The notes beneath the pieces are model-generated. The model searched no databases and was not told where the DNA came from. It saw nothing but the letters and a program-made list of their open reading frames with translations. Below, in pieces: positions 9,698 to 18,622 of a stretch of DNA of 64,000 bases. Numbering within the stretch: the stretch's first letter is position 1; each line of letters opens with the position of its first letter. The position numbers were made by a program, and so were the translations under genes. Origin of the DNA: Candidatus Latescibacterota bacterium (GTDB lineage Bacteria; Latescibacterota; UBA2968; UBA8231); assembly GCA_964291625.2 (NCBI GenBank), contig OZ220089.1, positions 3,968,001-4,032,000 of the forward strand, written 5' to 3'.

Positions 9698-10578
9698 ATC
9701 GCACCTACCCTGTCGACCTGCAGACCCACACGAAATTCTCGGACGGCACGGACACACCGGAAGAGCTGATCGCCAAGGCGGCGGCCGCCGGCATCCGCGT
9801 CCTGGCGGTGACGGACCATGACGGCGTGGGGGGTGTGGCAGCCGCCCGTGCCGCCGGCGCAGAGGCGGGTGTGCACGTACTCCCCGCCATCGAGCTGAGC
9901 ACGGCCAAGGAGGAGGAGCGGGACTTCCTGGACATCCACGTCCTGGGATACGGCATCGACCCGGACGATCTGAAGTTGCTGGAGACGTTGAAGAAGGTGA
10001 TCGAGAGCCGCGTCGAGCAGAAGGTCAGCCAGGTGAGGCGGCTCCACGACTACGGGCTGCACGTGCCGGAGCAGGACGTGATGGACCTGGCCGGCGACGG
10101 AGTGCCCGGCCGTCCCCACATCGCGCAGATCGCCATCCAGCACAATCCCGGCCGGTTCTCCTCCATCGACGACGTCTTCGAGCAGTACCTGGCTCCCGAC
10201 GCCCAGGACTCCGTATGGGTGCCGCGCCGCTTCAGTCTGAAGGTGGAGGACGCCATCGACCTGATCCACGCGGCGGGCGGGAAGGCGGTGCTGGCCCACC
10301 CGGGTGTCTACCATCGCGTGCGCAAACTGGAGGATGCCGTGCGCCGGATGGCCGAGGCCGGCCTCGACGGTCTGGAGGTGTCCTATCCGTATGGCTCCGA
10401 GGAGCGCGGCGGCGGCGCGGAGGAGCTGATCCCCCGTTTCGCCCGGCTCGCCGAGCGCTTCGGTCTGTTCGCCACGGGCGGCAGCGACTACCACGGTGGG
10501 AGCAGGAAGAACCGCCTCGGCGAGGCGGGTCTCGAGTGGGACCAGTGGGAGCGGCTGCGCGATGCGAATGGGTGGTAG
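9694..10578 (+). CDS. PHP-domain phosphoesterase (TrpH/YciV-like)
   Basis: DLQTHTKFSDG, AVTDHD, HVLGY, GRPH, VLAHP, GGSDYHG; ATGA overlap with the GNAT stop. Confidence 0.9.
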   Translation: MNRTYPVDLQTHTKFSDGTDTPEELIAKAAAAGIRVLAVTDHDGVGGVAAARAAGAEAGVHVLPAIELSTAKEEERDFLDIHVLGYGIDPDDLKLLETLKKVIESRVEQKVSQVRRLHDYGLHVPEQDVMDLAGDGVPGRPHIAQIAIQHNPGRFSSIDDVFEQYLAPDAQDSVWVPRRFSLKVEDAIDLIHAAGGKAVLAHPGVYHRVRKLEDAVRRMAEAGLDGLEVSYPYGSEERGGGAEELIPRFARLAERFGLFATGGSDYHGGSRKNRLGEAGLEWDQWERLRDANGW

Positions 10579-10606
10579 GGGCCGTGAGGGCGGTACCCCG
10601 AGAGGG

Positions 10607-11902
10607 CTATCCCCTCATGGACTGTCTTATTTCCTTCGCCAGGCGCCTGGCCCTTGCAGCAGCCGTGCTTGAACTCAGGTACTCGAAATTGCCCTGTCTT
10701 CCGACGCCATCGATACCCAGGTTGGCGAGCTTGGCCCGTTCACCTTGTACTCTCTCCGTGTCCCCATGTCTGAATACAGGATATGCATGCTCCGTAACTG
10801 CTTTGCCGAGGTAGCTCGGTGGTTTGTGGAAAACACGGTGCTCGGAAACATGCCTCTCAAAGTCCTCTATGAGCTCCTCGATCTGAGACTCAGAGGTATG
10901 CCTTGTGGTGATCTCAACAACCAAGTACGACTCACCATCCAGGCGATAGAGAGCGGAATGGTTCGTGATTCGCTTCCAGGATCCAGATAGTGTGAAGTTG
11001 AACAGGGTCGTCCAGTCGCAGCAAGGGATTCCCTTGTAGAACAGGGAAACCAGGTTCATGGTTTCCAGTCTGACTTCTGCATTCGCCCCCATGAGCCTCA
11101 ACATCGAAGGAATGGGAATCGTCGAAACAACGCGATCATAGCTTCGCAATTCCGAACCGAAGTTGACGGTGAATCCGCCTTCTGACCGCGCTACTTTCCT
11201 CACCTCTGTATCGAGATAGACGGTGGTTCCCAGGGACTCCAGGTACTGCTGAATGGGCGCGTATGCTGCGTCAAATCCCGCCATCGGTCTTACGTAAGTG
11301 CATTCTGCATGCTCAGCTGGCCTTCTCTCCCCCTTCAAGGCTTGAAACACCATCCGGCGGATTGGGTAGTTCCGGATGTAGGACAGCCTTTGAAGCGCAA
11401 ACTCGATCCCCACGTCCTGATCTGAAATTCCATAGAGGCGTTCGAGGTAGTTCTGGATTCCGCTATTCCGATACACCGCCCTGCCCATATGGTACTTTGC
11501 GTAGGCCGGGACACTCTTGCGGCGATGGTATAGCAGTCTGCAAATCCCAAGGTCGAGTGCCGCATACAGGACGCCCAGCCAACCATGGTCCTGGCCGTAT
11601 GTCTTGATTGTGAGGGGATAGGTGTCCACGCTGCCGCGTGGCGTGATCGTGCGCTCTCTCAGTTGAACCTGGGTAAAGTGGTCCTTCAAGAAAGGGAAAC
11701 TGTGGAATATGTCGTGTTTGTCATTGAAGATGAAATACCCGACATCGAAGGCAAATCCGTCCACACAGACACTGCGATGCAGACCGCCAAGTCGGGGCGC
11801 ACGCTCGATCACGTCGACCGACAGACGAGGATCCTTGGCCAGCTCACAGGCGGTGCATACGCCTGAGATGCCGCCTCCTATGACCGCGATTCTCTTAGTC
11901 AT
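10607..11902 (-). CDS. FAD-dependent oxidoreductase (HemY/UDP-galactopyranose mutase-like), lower GC
   Basis: RIAVIGGGISG, ERAPRLGG, YDRVVSTIP, HAYPV, VGRQGNFEY; visibly AT-richer than neighbours; start could be 11917. Confidence 0.8.
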   Translation of the reverse strand: MTKRIAVIGGGISGVCTACELAKDPRLSVDVIERAPRLGGLHRSVCVDGFAFDVGYFIFNDKHDIFHSFPFLKDHFTQVQLRERTITPRGSVDTYPLTIKTYGQDHGWLGVLYAALDLGICRLLYHRRKSVPAYAKYHMGRAVYRNSGIQNYLERLYGISDQDVGIEFALQRLSYIRNYPIRRMVFQALKGERRPAEHAECTYVRPMAGFDAAYAPIQQYLESLGTTVYLDTEVRKVARSEGGFTVNFGSELRSYDRVVSTIPIPSMLRLMGANAEVRLETMNLVSLFYKGIPCCDWTTLFNFTLSGSWKRITNHSALYRLDGESYLVVEITTRHTSESQIEELIEDFERHVSEHRVFHKPPSYLGKAVTEHAYPVFRHGDTERVQGERAKLANLGIDGVGRQGNFEYLSSSTAAARARRLAKEIRQSMRG

Positions 11903-11934
11903 GCCATGGTTTGGCATGTCATGCGAGTTGTCAC

Positions 11935-13335
11935 TCACCTGTTCCACACCTGTCGCCATGCCTCGAATTCGGACGGGGTGACCCGATAGCGGGCGAAGTT
12001 CCTCTCGTGCAGGCTCAGAAGCTCGCGCTCGGCAATCTCGCGAAACCGTTCCCCGTCCCGCCCATCGATGTGCTCCTGTGTCCAGGAGCTGATGTGGGCC
12101 GCGGCCTGCTTCTTGTCCATCCCCCCGCGAACGACCTCGCCAACGATCTGGCGCAGCTCCGTGCGGTGCCCCATCCGGAAGGGATCGGGCTCGCCAAGGG
12201 ACTGCCTGACGGCGGCGTAACGGGCGGCCGAGCGTCCATAGGCCCAGAGGAACACGTCGCGCAGCAGTTCGATGCGCCTCAGCTCGTACACTCCGAGTAT
12301 GGCTTCGGTATACAGGTCCCGGGGCAGGTCCTCGAAGGACAGCGGCGACAGATTCCCCTTGATCAGGGGAATGTTGGCGGCGAGTCGTGACACCCGCTTG
12401 TTGACATCATCGAAGGGCTGCAGGTAGGGAAGCTGCACCATGGCGAAGAAGGCTTGCTCAAAGGGATCGCCGATCGCCGAAGCCGTCTCAAGAACCTGAT
12501 CGAAGCATTCCTGGATGAGTGGCGGCGTCTCCAGCGGATGGAAGACCGAGCCCGCGATACCCACGCCGATATGCCGGAGACGCCCCGTCGCCTCCGGGTC
12601 GGCCAGCAGGTTGTCCGCCAGCAGCGCGTGAAGGTTGAGGAGGGTGTAGCGACTGAAACCGATGTCCTCTGCCCCCTCGACCAGGAACTCGATGGCGTCC
12701 TTGTGGTTGAGGATCATCAGCGCTTCGAGCTGCTCCTTGCCTTCCGCTTCTTCCCCGATCTCGAGCAGACGCGTTGTGTCGAGCAGGGAGTAGGTGTTGC
12801 CCTCCAGCCGGCTTGAGTTCCATGACAGATCGATCAGCAGCCTGTCCAGGATGCGCCTGGCGTAGGTGCCTGCGGGCTGCCCGGGGATCTTCGGCGTCCC
12901 CACTTCTCGAAGGTGTTCCCGTTCCGCCTGCGAGAGATAGAAGGTCTCTCCGGGCCGGTACGAATCAAGGAACGCGCGGTCATAGCCGACCGGCTGACGC
13001 GCCGCCAGCGGCTGTCTGACATATTCACGGATTTCGGCGGCAGCTTCGGAGAGCGGCGGGGTGACACTCAGCCGAACACTGACTGTGGGAGTTCCGGACA
13101 CAAACTGAGCTGACAGCGAAGTCGCTTGAGGGGTGCGGTATCGCGCCCAGCGGCCTTTGCCATCCATGATCAGGCGGCCGCCGTCGACGAGGGACTTCAG
13201 GCGGTACTGCAGGGTCCGGCGGGCCGGCTCCGAAGCCAGGGCATCGCTGATCTGCCGTGCGGTCCGGCCCTCCGGGTACGGCCGCACGACTTCCTCGATC
13301 GCCTGCAAGTCCTCTTCCCTGATGCGCCTTGCCAT
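11935..13335 (-). CDS. Fic-family protein with N-terminal HTH
   Basis: SWNSSRLEGNT; Fic motif variant QPFDDVNKRVSR; N-terminal RQISDAL...RRTLQYRLKSLV. Confidence 0.9.
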   Translation of the reverse strand: MARRIREEDLQAIEEVVRPYPEGRTARQISDALASEPARRTLQYRLKSLVDGGRLIMDGKGRWARYRTPQATSLSAQFVSGTPTVSVRLSVTPPLSEAAAEIREYVRQPLAARQPVGYDRAFLDSYRPGETFYLSQAEREHLREVGTPKIPGQPAGTYARRILDRLLIDLSWNSSRLEGNTYSLLDTTRLLEIGEEAEGKEQLEALMILNHKDAIEFLVEGAEDIGFSRYTLLNLHALLADNLLADPEATGRLRHIGVGIAGSVFHPLETPPLIQECFDQVLETASAIGDPFEQAFFAMVQLPYLQPFDDVNKRVSRLAANIPLIKGNLSPLSFEDLPRDLYTEAILGVYELRRIELLRDVFLWAYGRSAARYAAVRQSLGEPDPFRMGHRTELRQIVGEVVRGGMDKKQAAAHISSWTQEHIDGRDGERFREIAERELLSLHERNFARYRVTPSEFEAWRQVWNR

Positions 13336-13362
13336 CGTGTCCTCGATCTCGTCCGAAGAAGA

Positions 13363-13425
13363 ATATGCGCAATATAGCCCGCATATGCGCAATTATCAAT
13401 TGTACGCGCAAACATATCCTGCGCA
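13363..13425. promoter_or_regulatory. Repeated (T)GCGCA boxes in the AT-rich Fic promoter, putative operator
   Basis: ATATGCGCAAT at 13363 and 13383; GCGCA cores also at 13406 and 13421. Confidence 0.55.
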
Positions 13426-13628
13426 CAGCAGAGCATTCGGGTCTGGCGGCGACTGTCTGATGGCTGACGGCCGCCAGGCCGCCTCGTCGAGTTGGAGCTG
13501 GGGGTCGAGGCGGGCTGGAGGGACAGGCGGCGCACGCGACGGCAGACCGACGCCCTCGAGATAGGGGCGCACCGGCAGAGCAGGGGTCCTGGGCCAGGTC
13601 TGCCTCCACCGCGCCGAGGATCGGTCAG

Positions 13629-13706
13629 GGCAGCCATCCCTCGTAGCGAGCCGTTGGACCTGCCCGCGAGGGCGGCCGACCTTCTGCACCAAGTGTCGCA
13701 TCTACT
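13629..13706 (+). repeat. Direct repeat copy 2 (degenerate GNAT 3'-end fragment)
   Basis: gcgagccgttggacctgcccgcgagggcggccgaccttctgcacc encodes EPLDLPARAADLL versus EPLDLPAKAADLL. Confidence 0.8.
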
Positions 13707-13732
13707 CGTAGCGGTCGGGCGGAGAGGCAAGG

Positions 13733-14602
13733 ATGACCGAGACCATCAGGAAACCGGACCCCGGATACAGGTACGAGTTCGGCAGGAACGAGCTCGACGC
13801 CATGTCGGAGTGCCTGGAAGCGCACGGCTTCGCCATCATCAAGGAGGTCCTGCCCGACGACATCGTCGCCGGCCTGAGGGAGGCCGTGTGGGAGGGCACG
13901 GACCCGGAGCGCACCCTGGGCCCCGGGGAGTCCCGCACCCGCCACGCTTGGATCGAGTCGGGGCCGGGGGCCTGGTCGCTGCTGGAGCACGAGCCCTTCA
14001 TGGAGATCCACCGGCACCTGATCGGAACGGACGAGATGACCGTTCACCGCTCGGCCGCCATCGTCCGCATGCCGGGGTCGGCGCCGGTCCGCTGGCACAG
14101 CGACTGGCAGGGGTTCAGCGAGGGGCCGCCGAAGAACGCCGGCGAGGTCCTCAACCGCGGGCTGTGGCCCTCGGGGAAGTGGTTCTACATCACGGGCTCG
14201 AGGCCGGTCCACGGCGGGCTGTGCGTCATCGAGGGTTCCCACGTCGAGGGCTGGGAGGGGCCGGAGGGATTCGCGCTGACCGGCGACCGCCGCTCCTTCT
14301 ACCCCGAAGGGGAGGAGGAATCAAGCTACGACGGCTTCGACATCCCCGGGCTCATCCCCCTCTTCACCGATCCCGGGGACATGATCGTCTTCGCCCACCG
14401 CACCTACCACGGCGCCTTTCCCAACGGCCTGGATGAACCCCGGCTGTCGTGCGCCATCGGCTTCCGCGACCGCAACCACCGCATCGACGTCCCCTGGGAG
14501 ATTCCGGAGAGCGGCCGGCGCTTCCTCGCCGAGCTGCCCGCCCACCTGCGGCGCTACGTCGACGGGTACACCAGCATCGACATCGCCTGGCGGGGGGAGT
14601 AG
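13733..14602 (+). CDS. PhyH-family dioxygenase
   Basis: HGFAIIKEVL, WHSD, GGLCVIEGSH, PGDMIVFAHRTYHGAFPN..PRL. Confidence 0.88.
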   Translation: MTETIRKPDPGYRYEFGRNELDAMSECLEAHGFAIIKEVLPDDIVAGLREAVWEGTDPERTLGPGESRTRHAWIESGPGAWSLLEHEPFMEIHRHLIGTDEMTVHRSAAIVRMPGSAPVRWHSDWQGFSEGPPKNAGEVLNRGLWPSGKWFYITGSRPVHGGLCVIEGSHVEGWEGPEGFALTGDRRSFYPEGEEESSYDGFDIPGLIPLFTDPGDMIVFAHRTYHGAFPNGLDEPRLSCAIGFRDRNHRIDVPWEIPESGRRFLAELPAHLRRYVDGYTSIDIAWRGE

Positions 14603-14635
14603 CTCACCCGCCGCGACTAAACCCGGGAGCTCGGG

Positions 14636-16057
14636 TCAGTCCGCTGTGATGCCCTGCAGCAGATCCGGCGGGTGCCGTGCGTGCCAGTCGGTCAGCCCCT
14701 GGTAGGCGGAGGCGACGGCCAGCACCACGTTCTCGTCATAGGCCCGACCCAGGATCTGCAGGCCCATCGGCAAGCCCTCGTCCGAGAACCCCATCGGCAC
14801 CGAGATCGCCGGCAGCCCGATGCAGCTGCCGAACGCTCCCAGCGGATCGGCCGCCCGCTCCCCGGGCTTCTTGACCCAGGGCCGGTCGGCCGGCGGCGCC
14901 ACCGCCGGCAGCGTGGGCGACAGCAGCGCGTCGCAGCGCGCAAGCAGCCGGTCGGCCGCCTCCGCGATGGTGCGCCGCAGCCGCTGCGCCCGCAGGTAGT
15001 CGGTGGCCAGCACCGCGGTTCGGGCATAGGTCCCGATGCGCGCCTCCGGCGCGGTGAGCCCGGCGGTGATGCCGCTGTCGATGAGCTCTTCCATGACGCT
15101 GGCCGACTCGGCCAGGAAGATCGTCCTGGACACCTCGGCGTACGGCAGGTCCGGAAGCTCGACCTCCTCGACATCCGCCACCTCGGCAAGCGCGGCCAGC
15201 GCCTCGCGGAAGCGTTTCTGCACGCCCGGCTGGGAGCCGTCCGGCACGCCCTTGGGGACCCCGAGGCGAAAGCGGCCGCCCTCGGGGCGGTGGGGACGAT
15301 ACTCGTACGGCCGCGTGGTGGTCGCCTCGTCGCGCTCGTCAGGGCCGGCGATCGCATCGAGCACGAGTCCGCAGTCGTCGGCGGTGAGGCACATCGGCCC
15401 CGGCTTGTCCATGCCGTAGGTGAGCGGCATGCCGCCGTGCCGGCTCACGCGGCCGAAGGTGGGGCGCAGCCCGGACACGGCGCAGTTGGCCGACGGTCCC
15501 AGGATCGAGCCCCACGTCTCCGTGCCGATCGCGAACGGCACGAGCCCCGCGGCGACCGCCGACCCGGAGCCGCTGGAGGAGCCGCCGCTCCACGTCTCCG
15601 GGTTCCACGGACTGAGCCCGGGCCCGGTGAACGAGGCGTCCGCCCGACGGTAGCCCGTGCCGCCGGCCAACTCCACCAGCGCCAGCTTGGCGGCCAGCAC
15701 GGCGCCGGCATCCCGCAGCCTGCGGACGATGGTGGCGTCGTAGTCGAAGGCTTGGTCGCGCAGCGGCCCGGCGCCCCACGTCGTCGGGTAACCCTCGGTG
15801 GCGAAGACGTCCTTGAGTCCGTACGGGATGCCGTGCAGGGGACCGCGGTAGCGCCCCTCGCCGATCTCCCGCTCCGCCTGCCGCGCCTGCTTCTCGGCCA
15901 GATCGGGAGTGAGCGTGACCACCGCGTTGTACCGCGGCCCGATCCGCTCCAGCCGGTCCAGGAACAGCCGCGCCAGGGCCACCGGCGACACCTGCCGCGT
16001 GCGCACCCGCTCGGCCAGCTCGCGCAACGGCCGAAAGACGGCGTCGAGCTCGGTCAC
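14636..16057 (-). CDS. Amidase signature family protein (GatA/AtzE-like)
   Basis: GPLHGIPYGLKD, GGSSSGS, IGTETWGSI, GLRPTFGRVS, GLPMGLQ. Confidence 0.92.
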   Translation of the reverse strand: MTELDAVFRPLRELAERVRTRQVSPVALARLFLDRLERIGPRYNAVVTLTPDLAEKQARQAEREIGEGRYRGPLHGIPYGLKDVFATEGYPTTWGAGPLRDQAFDYDATIVRRLRDAGAVLAAKLALVELAGGTGYRRADASFTGPGLSPWNPETWSGGSSSGSGSAVAAGLVPFAIGTETWGSILGPSANCAVSGLRPTFGRVSRHGGMPLTYGMDKPGPMCLTADDCGLVLDAIAGPDERDEATTTRPYEYRPHRPEGGRFRLGVPKGVPDGSQPGVQKRFREALAALAEVADVEEVELPDLPYAEVSRTIFLAESASVMEELIDSGITAGLTAPEARIGTYARTAVLATDYLRAQRLRRTIAEAADRLLARCDALLSPTLPAVAPPADRPWVKKPGERAADPLGAFGSCIGLPAISVPMGFSDEGLPMGLQILGRAYDENVVLAVASAYQGLTDWHARHPPDLLQGITAD

Positions 16058-16278
16058 CGGTCGTCGCCGCGGTAGGGCCTGAACGGCGGAAACGGCTCCT
16101 GGCCCGGGGCGACCTCGGCCTCCCGGAGCGTCCTGGAGACCCTGACCAACTCCTGGGCCTGCCTGCGGACCTCCGCTTCCTGGTCCGGCTCCGCGAACCG
16201 TTCGCCGTACCGCTCCCGGAGCAGCGCCATGCGCAACTCCACCTCGCGCTCGTCTCTCCCTTCAGGCTCGGCCATCAT
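16054..16278 (-). CDS. Small (74 aa) putative amidase partner subunit (GatC/AtzG-like)
   Basis: MMAEPEGRDEREVELRMALLRERYGERF...QEPFPPFRPYRGDDR; helical, ends in an EP..F motif; 4-bp overlap with amidase start. Confidence 0.55.
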   Translation of the reverse strand: MMAEPEGRDEREVELRMALLRERYGERFAEPDQEAEVRRQAQELVRVSRTLREAEVAPGQEPFPPFRPYRGDDR

Positions 16279-16280
16279 CC

Positions 16281-17159
16281 TCACCCCCCGAACTGGAACG
16301 ACTCCACCCCGCGGCAACCCGGCCGGGCCGCGAACAGCCCGCCGGCGTGGGGCTCCTTCTCCTTCTCTTCGTCCGTCATCCCCAGGGAGCCGCTGGTGAT
16401 GTAGAGGGTGTCGAGGTCGGGGCCTCCGAAGGCGCAGGAGGTCGTCTTGGAGACGGGCAGCTCGATCGTCTGCAGGATCTCGCCGCGGTCGGGATGCCAG
16501 CGGCAGACCTTGGCCCCGTCGAAGTGGGCGATCCACAACATCCCTTCCGCATCAATCGCCATGCCGTCGGGGAGGCCGACCTCGCGGGGCACGCGGAAGG
16601 CGATCCGTTCGTTGTCGATGGTCCCGGTCTCCACGTCGTAGTCGTAGACCTGCACGTCGTAGCGGAGGGAGTCGATGAAGTACATCCGGTAGCCGTCCAG
16701 GCTCCAGACGATGCCGTTGGAGATGCTCACGCCGCCGAGCACCTTGCGCACGCTCAGGTCCGTCTCCATGCAGTAGAGGGCGCCGGCTCCCTCCACCGGA
16801 TCGATGGCCATGGTGCCGGCCCAGAACCGGCCGGCGGGATCGCACTTGCCGTCGTTGAAGCGGTTCTCCGGCAGGTGGGCTTCCGGGTCGTGGAGGAGGT
16901 CCAGCTCGCCGCTGGCCGGATCGAAGGCGGCGAACCCGTCCTTGAGGGCCAGCATCAGACCCCCCGAGGCCCGCACCACCACCGTGCCCACGAACTGGCC
17001 GACATCCATGACCCGGTTCGCGTCCCCGGAGGGATCGTGGACGTGCAGCTTGCTCCCCATGATGTCGACCCAGTAGAGCAGTTGCTCGGCGCTGTTCCAG
17101 AGGGCGCCTTCCCCGATCGTGGAATGGGCATCGACCACCAGCTCGACCTGCGTGCTCAT
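16281..17159 (-). CDS. SMP-30/gluconolactonase/LRE family protein
   Basis: GEGALW, LYWVDI, RFNDGKCDPAGRFWAGTM, SNGIVWS, PDGMAID, TSCAFGG. Confidence 0.93.
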   Translation of the reverse strand: MSTQVELVVDAHSTIGEGALWNSAEQLLYWVDIMGSKLHVHDPSGDANRVMDVGQFVGTVVVRASGGLMLALKDGFAAFDPASGELDLLHDPEAHLPENRFNDGKCDPAGRFWAGTMAIDPVEGAGALYCMETDLSVRKVLGGVSISNGIVWSLDGYRMYFIDSLRYDVQVYDYDVETGTIDNERIAFRVPREVGLPDGMAIDAEGMLWIAHFDGAKVCRWHPDRGEILQTIELPVSKTTSCAFGGPDLDTLYITSGSLGMTDEEKEKEPHAGGLFAARPGCRGVESFQFGG

Positions 17160-17335
17160 GTCATCTCTCCCGATGCGGTTGGGTAGCGATCTCGCAAGTA
17201 AGGTGCAGGAAGCAGGAAGCGCCATCGGCTGGAGTGGGAGCTCCTTGCGACTGTTCGTGACCTTGATCGAGGTTTCGGCCAGTACATGCCACTGGAATCG
17301 CAGAGGACCTCCGGAGGCGACGGGCCATCCGACCC

Positions 17336-18568
17336 ATGAAGCGGCTGCCCGCCTACCCGCTCTCGATCGGCATGTCGGCCGTCGACGGGCTCGCGGTCTC
17401 GACGGTGATCACCACCAGCCTCGTCTACCAGGTCGAGACGGTGGGCCTCAACCCCCTCCAGCTCATCCTGGTGGGGACCGCCCTCGAAGCGACCGTCTTC
17501 CTCTTCGAGATCCCCACCGGCGTCGTGGCCGATGTCTACAGCCGCCGCCTCTCCGTCGTCGTCGGCCTGGCCCTCACGGGGGCCGGCTTCCTGCTCGCGG
17601 GTTCGGTCCCCCTCTTCGGCGCCCTGGTCGCCGCATCGGTCGTGGGGGGCCTTGGCGCGACCTTCCTCAGCGGCGCCCGCACCGCGTGGCTGGCCGACGA
17701 GATCGGCGCCGAGCGGCTGCCCCAGGCGCTGATGCGGGGCTCGCAGGTTAGCCTCCTCGGCGGCCTGGCGGGGGCGGCCCTCTCCGTGGCGCTGGCGAGC
17801 GTGGACCGCAGCTGGCCCCTCGTCGCCGGGGGCGCCATCTTCCTCGGCCTGGCCCTGTTCTCGGCCCTGGCCATGACCGAGCGCGGCTTCCGGCCCCTGC
17901 CCGCCGACGAGCGCGAGACCTTCAAAACTATGGGCCGCACCCTGCTCCGGGCTTTGGGCGTGATCCGGCGGCGGCGGGTGCTGATCCTCATCGTCATGGC
18001 GCCCTTCCTCTTCGGCGCCTCGAGCGAGGTTCCGGACCGCCTGACCACGCCCTTCCTGCTGCAGACGATCACCATGCCGCACCTCGGCCCCCTGGACCCC
18101 GTGGCCTGGTTCGGCCTCAGCAGCTACGTGACGATGGCCCTGGGGTTCGCGCTGCTGGAGGTCGTCCGGCGGACGGTGAACACGTCCAGCGACCGCGCCG
18201 TCGCGGCGACGCTGGTGGTCCTGCAGGGCCTCTACGTCGCCAGCCTCGTGGCCTTCGGCCTGGCCACGGAGTTCGCCTTCGCCATGGCCATGTTCTGGGC
18301 CCGGGGCCCCCTGCGCCGCGCCAGCGGTCCGTTGCTCAGCGCCTGGCAGAACCGCTTCGTGCCCTCCCGCGTCCGGGCCACGGTCCTCTCCTTCGGAGGG
18401 CAGATGGACGCCGTGGGCCAGATGATCGGCGGCCCCCTGCTGGGCGCGGTCGCCCTCGGATGGTCGCTGCGGGCTGGCTTCGTGGCCGCGGCGGTGGTGC
18501 TGCTGCCCGTGGTGATCGCCTTCGCCGCGCTGGCGGGGGTGCGCAGGTCACCGGCGGAGGCGGGCTGA
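17336..18568 (+). CDS. MFS transporter (DHA3-like)
   Basis: FEIPTGVVADVYSRR, SGARTAW, RATVLS; about 12 TM helices. Confidence 0.9.
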   Translation: MKRLPAYPLSIGMSAVDGLAVSTVITTSLVYQVETVGLNPLQLILVGTALEATVFLFEIPTGVVADVYSRRLSVVVGLALTGAGFLLAGSVPLFGALVAASVVGGLGATFLSGARTAWLADEIGAERLPQALMRGSQVSLLGGLAGAALSVALASVDRSWPLVAGGAIFLGLALFSALAMTERGFRPLPADERETFKTMGRTLLRALGVIRRRRVLILIVMAPFLFGASSEVPDRLTTPFLLQTITMPHLGPLDPVAWFGLSSYVTMALGFALLEVVRRTVNTSSDRAVAATLVVLQGLYVASLVAFGLATEFAFAMAMFWARGPLRRASGPLLSAWQNRFVPSRVRATVLSFGGQMDAVGQMIGGPLLGAVALGWSLRAGFVAAAVVLLPVVIAFAALAGVRRSPAEAG

Positions 18569-18586
18569 AGGCGGTCCCGGAACCTG

Positions 18587-18604
18587 CTTGACTAAGTCTA
18601 TGAT
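18587..18604 (+). promoter_or_regulatory. Shared motif CTTGACTAAGTC with adjacent -10-like TATGAT
   Basis: Near-identical CTTGACCAAGTC-TACCCT on the minus strand at 22645-22662. Confidence 0.45.
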
Positions 18605-18622
18605 CTCCCCTCTCCTGAAGAC

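Noticed and set aside
14636-16057. gatA of the GatCAB amidotransferase
   Set aside because: No gatB nearby, and the GTETWGSI motif and context fit a catabolic amidase.
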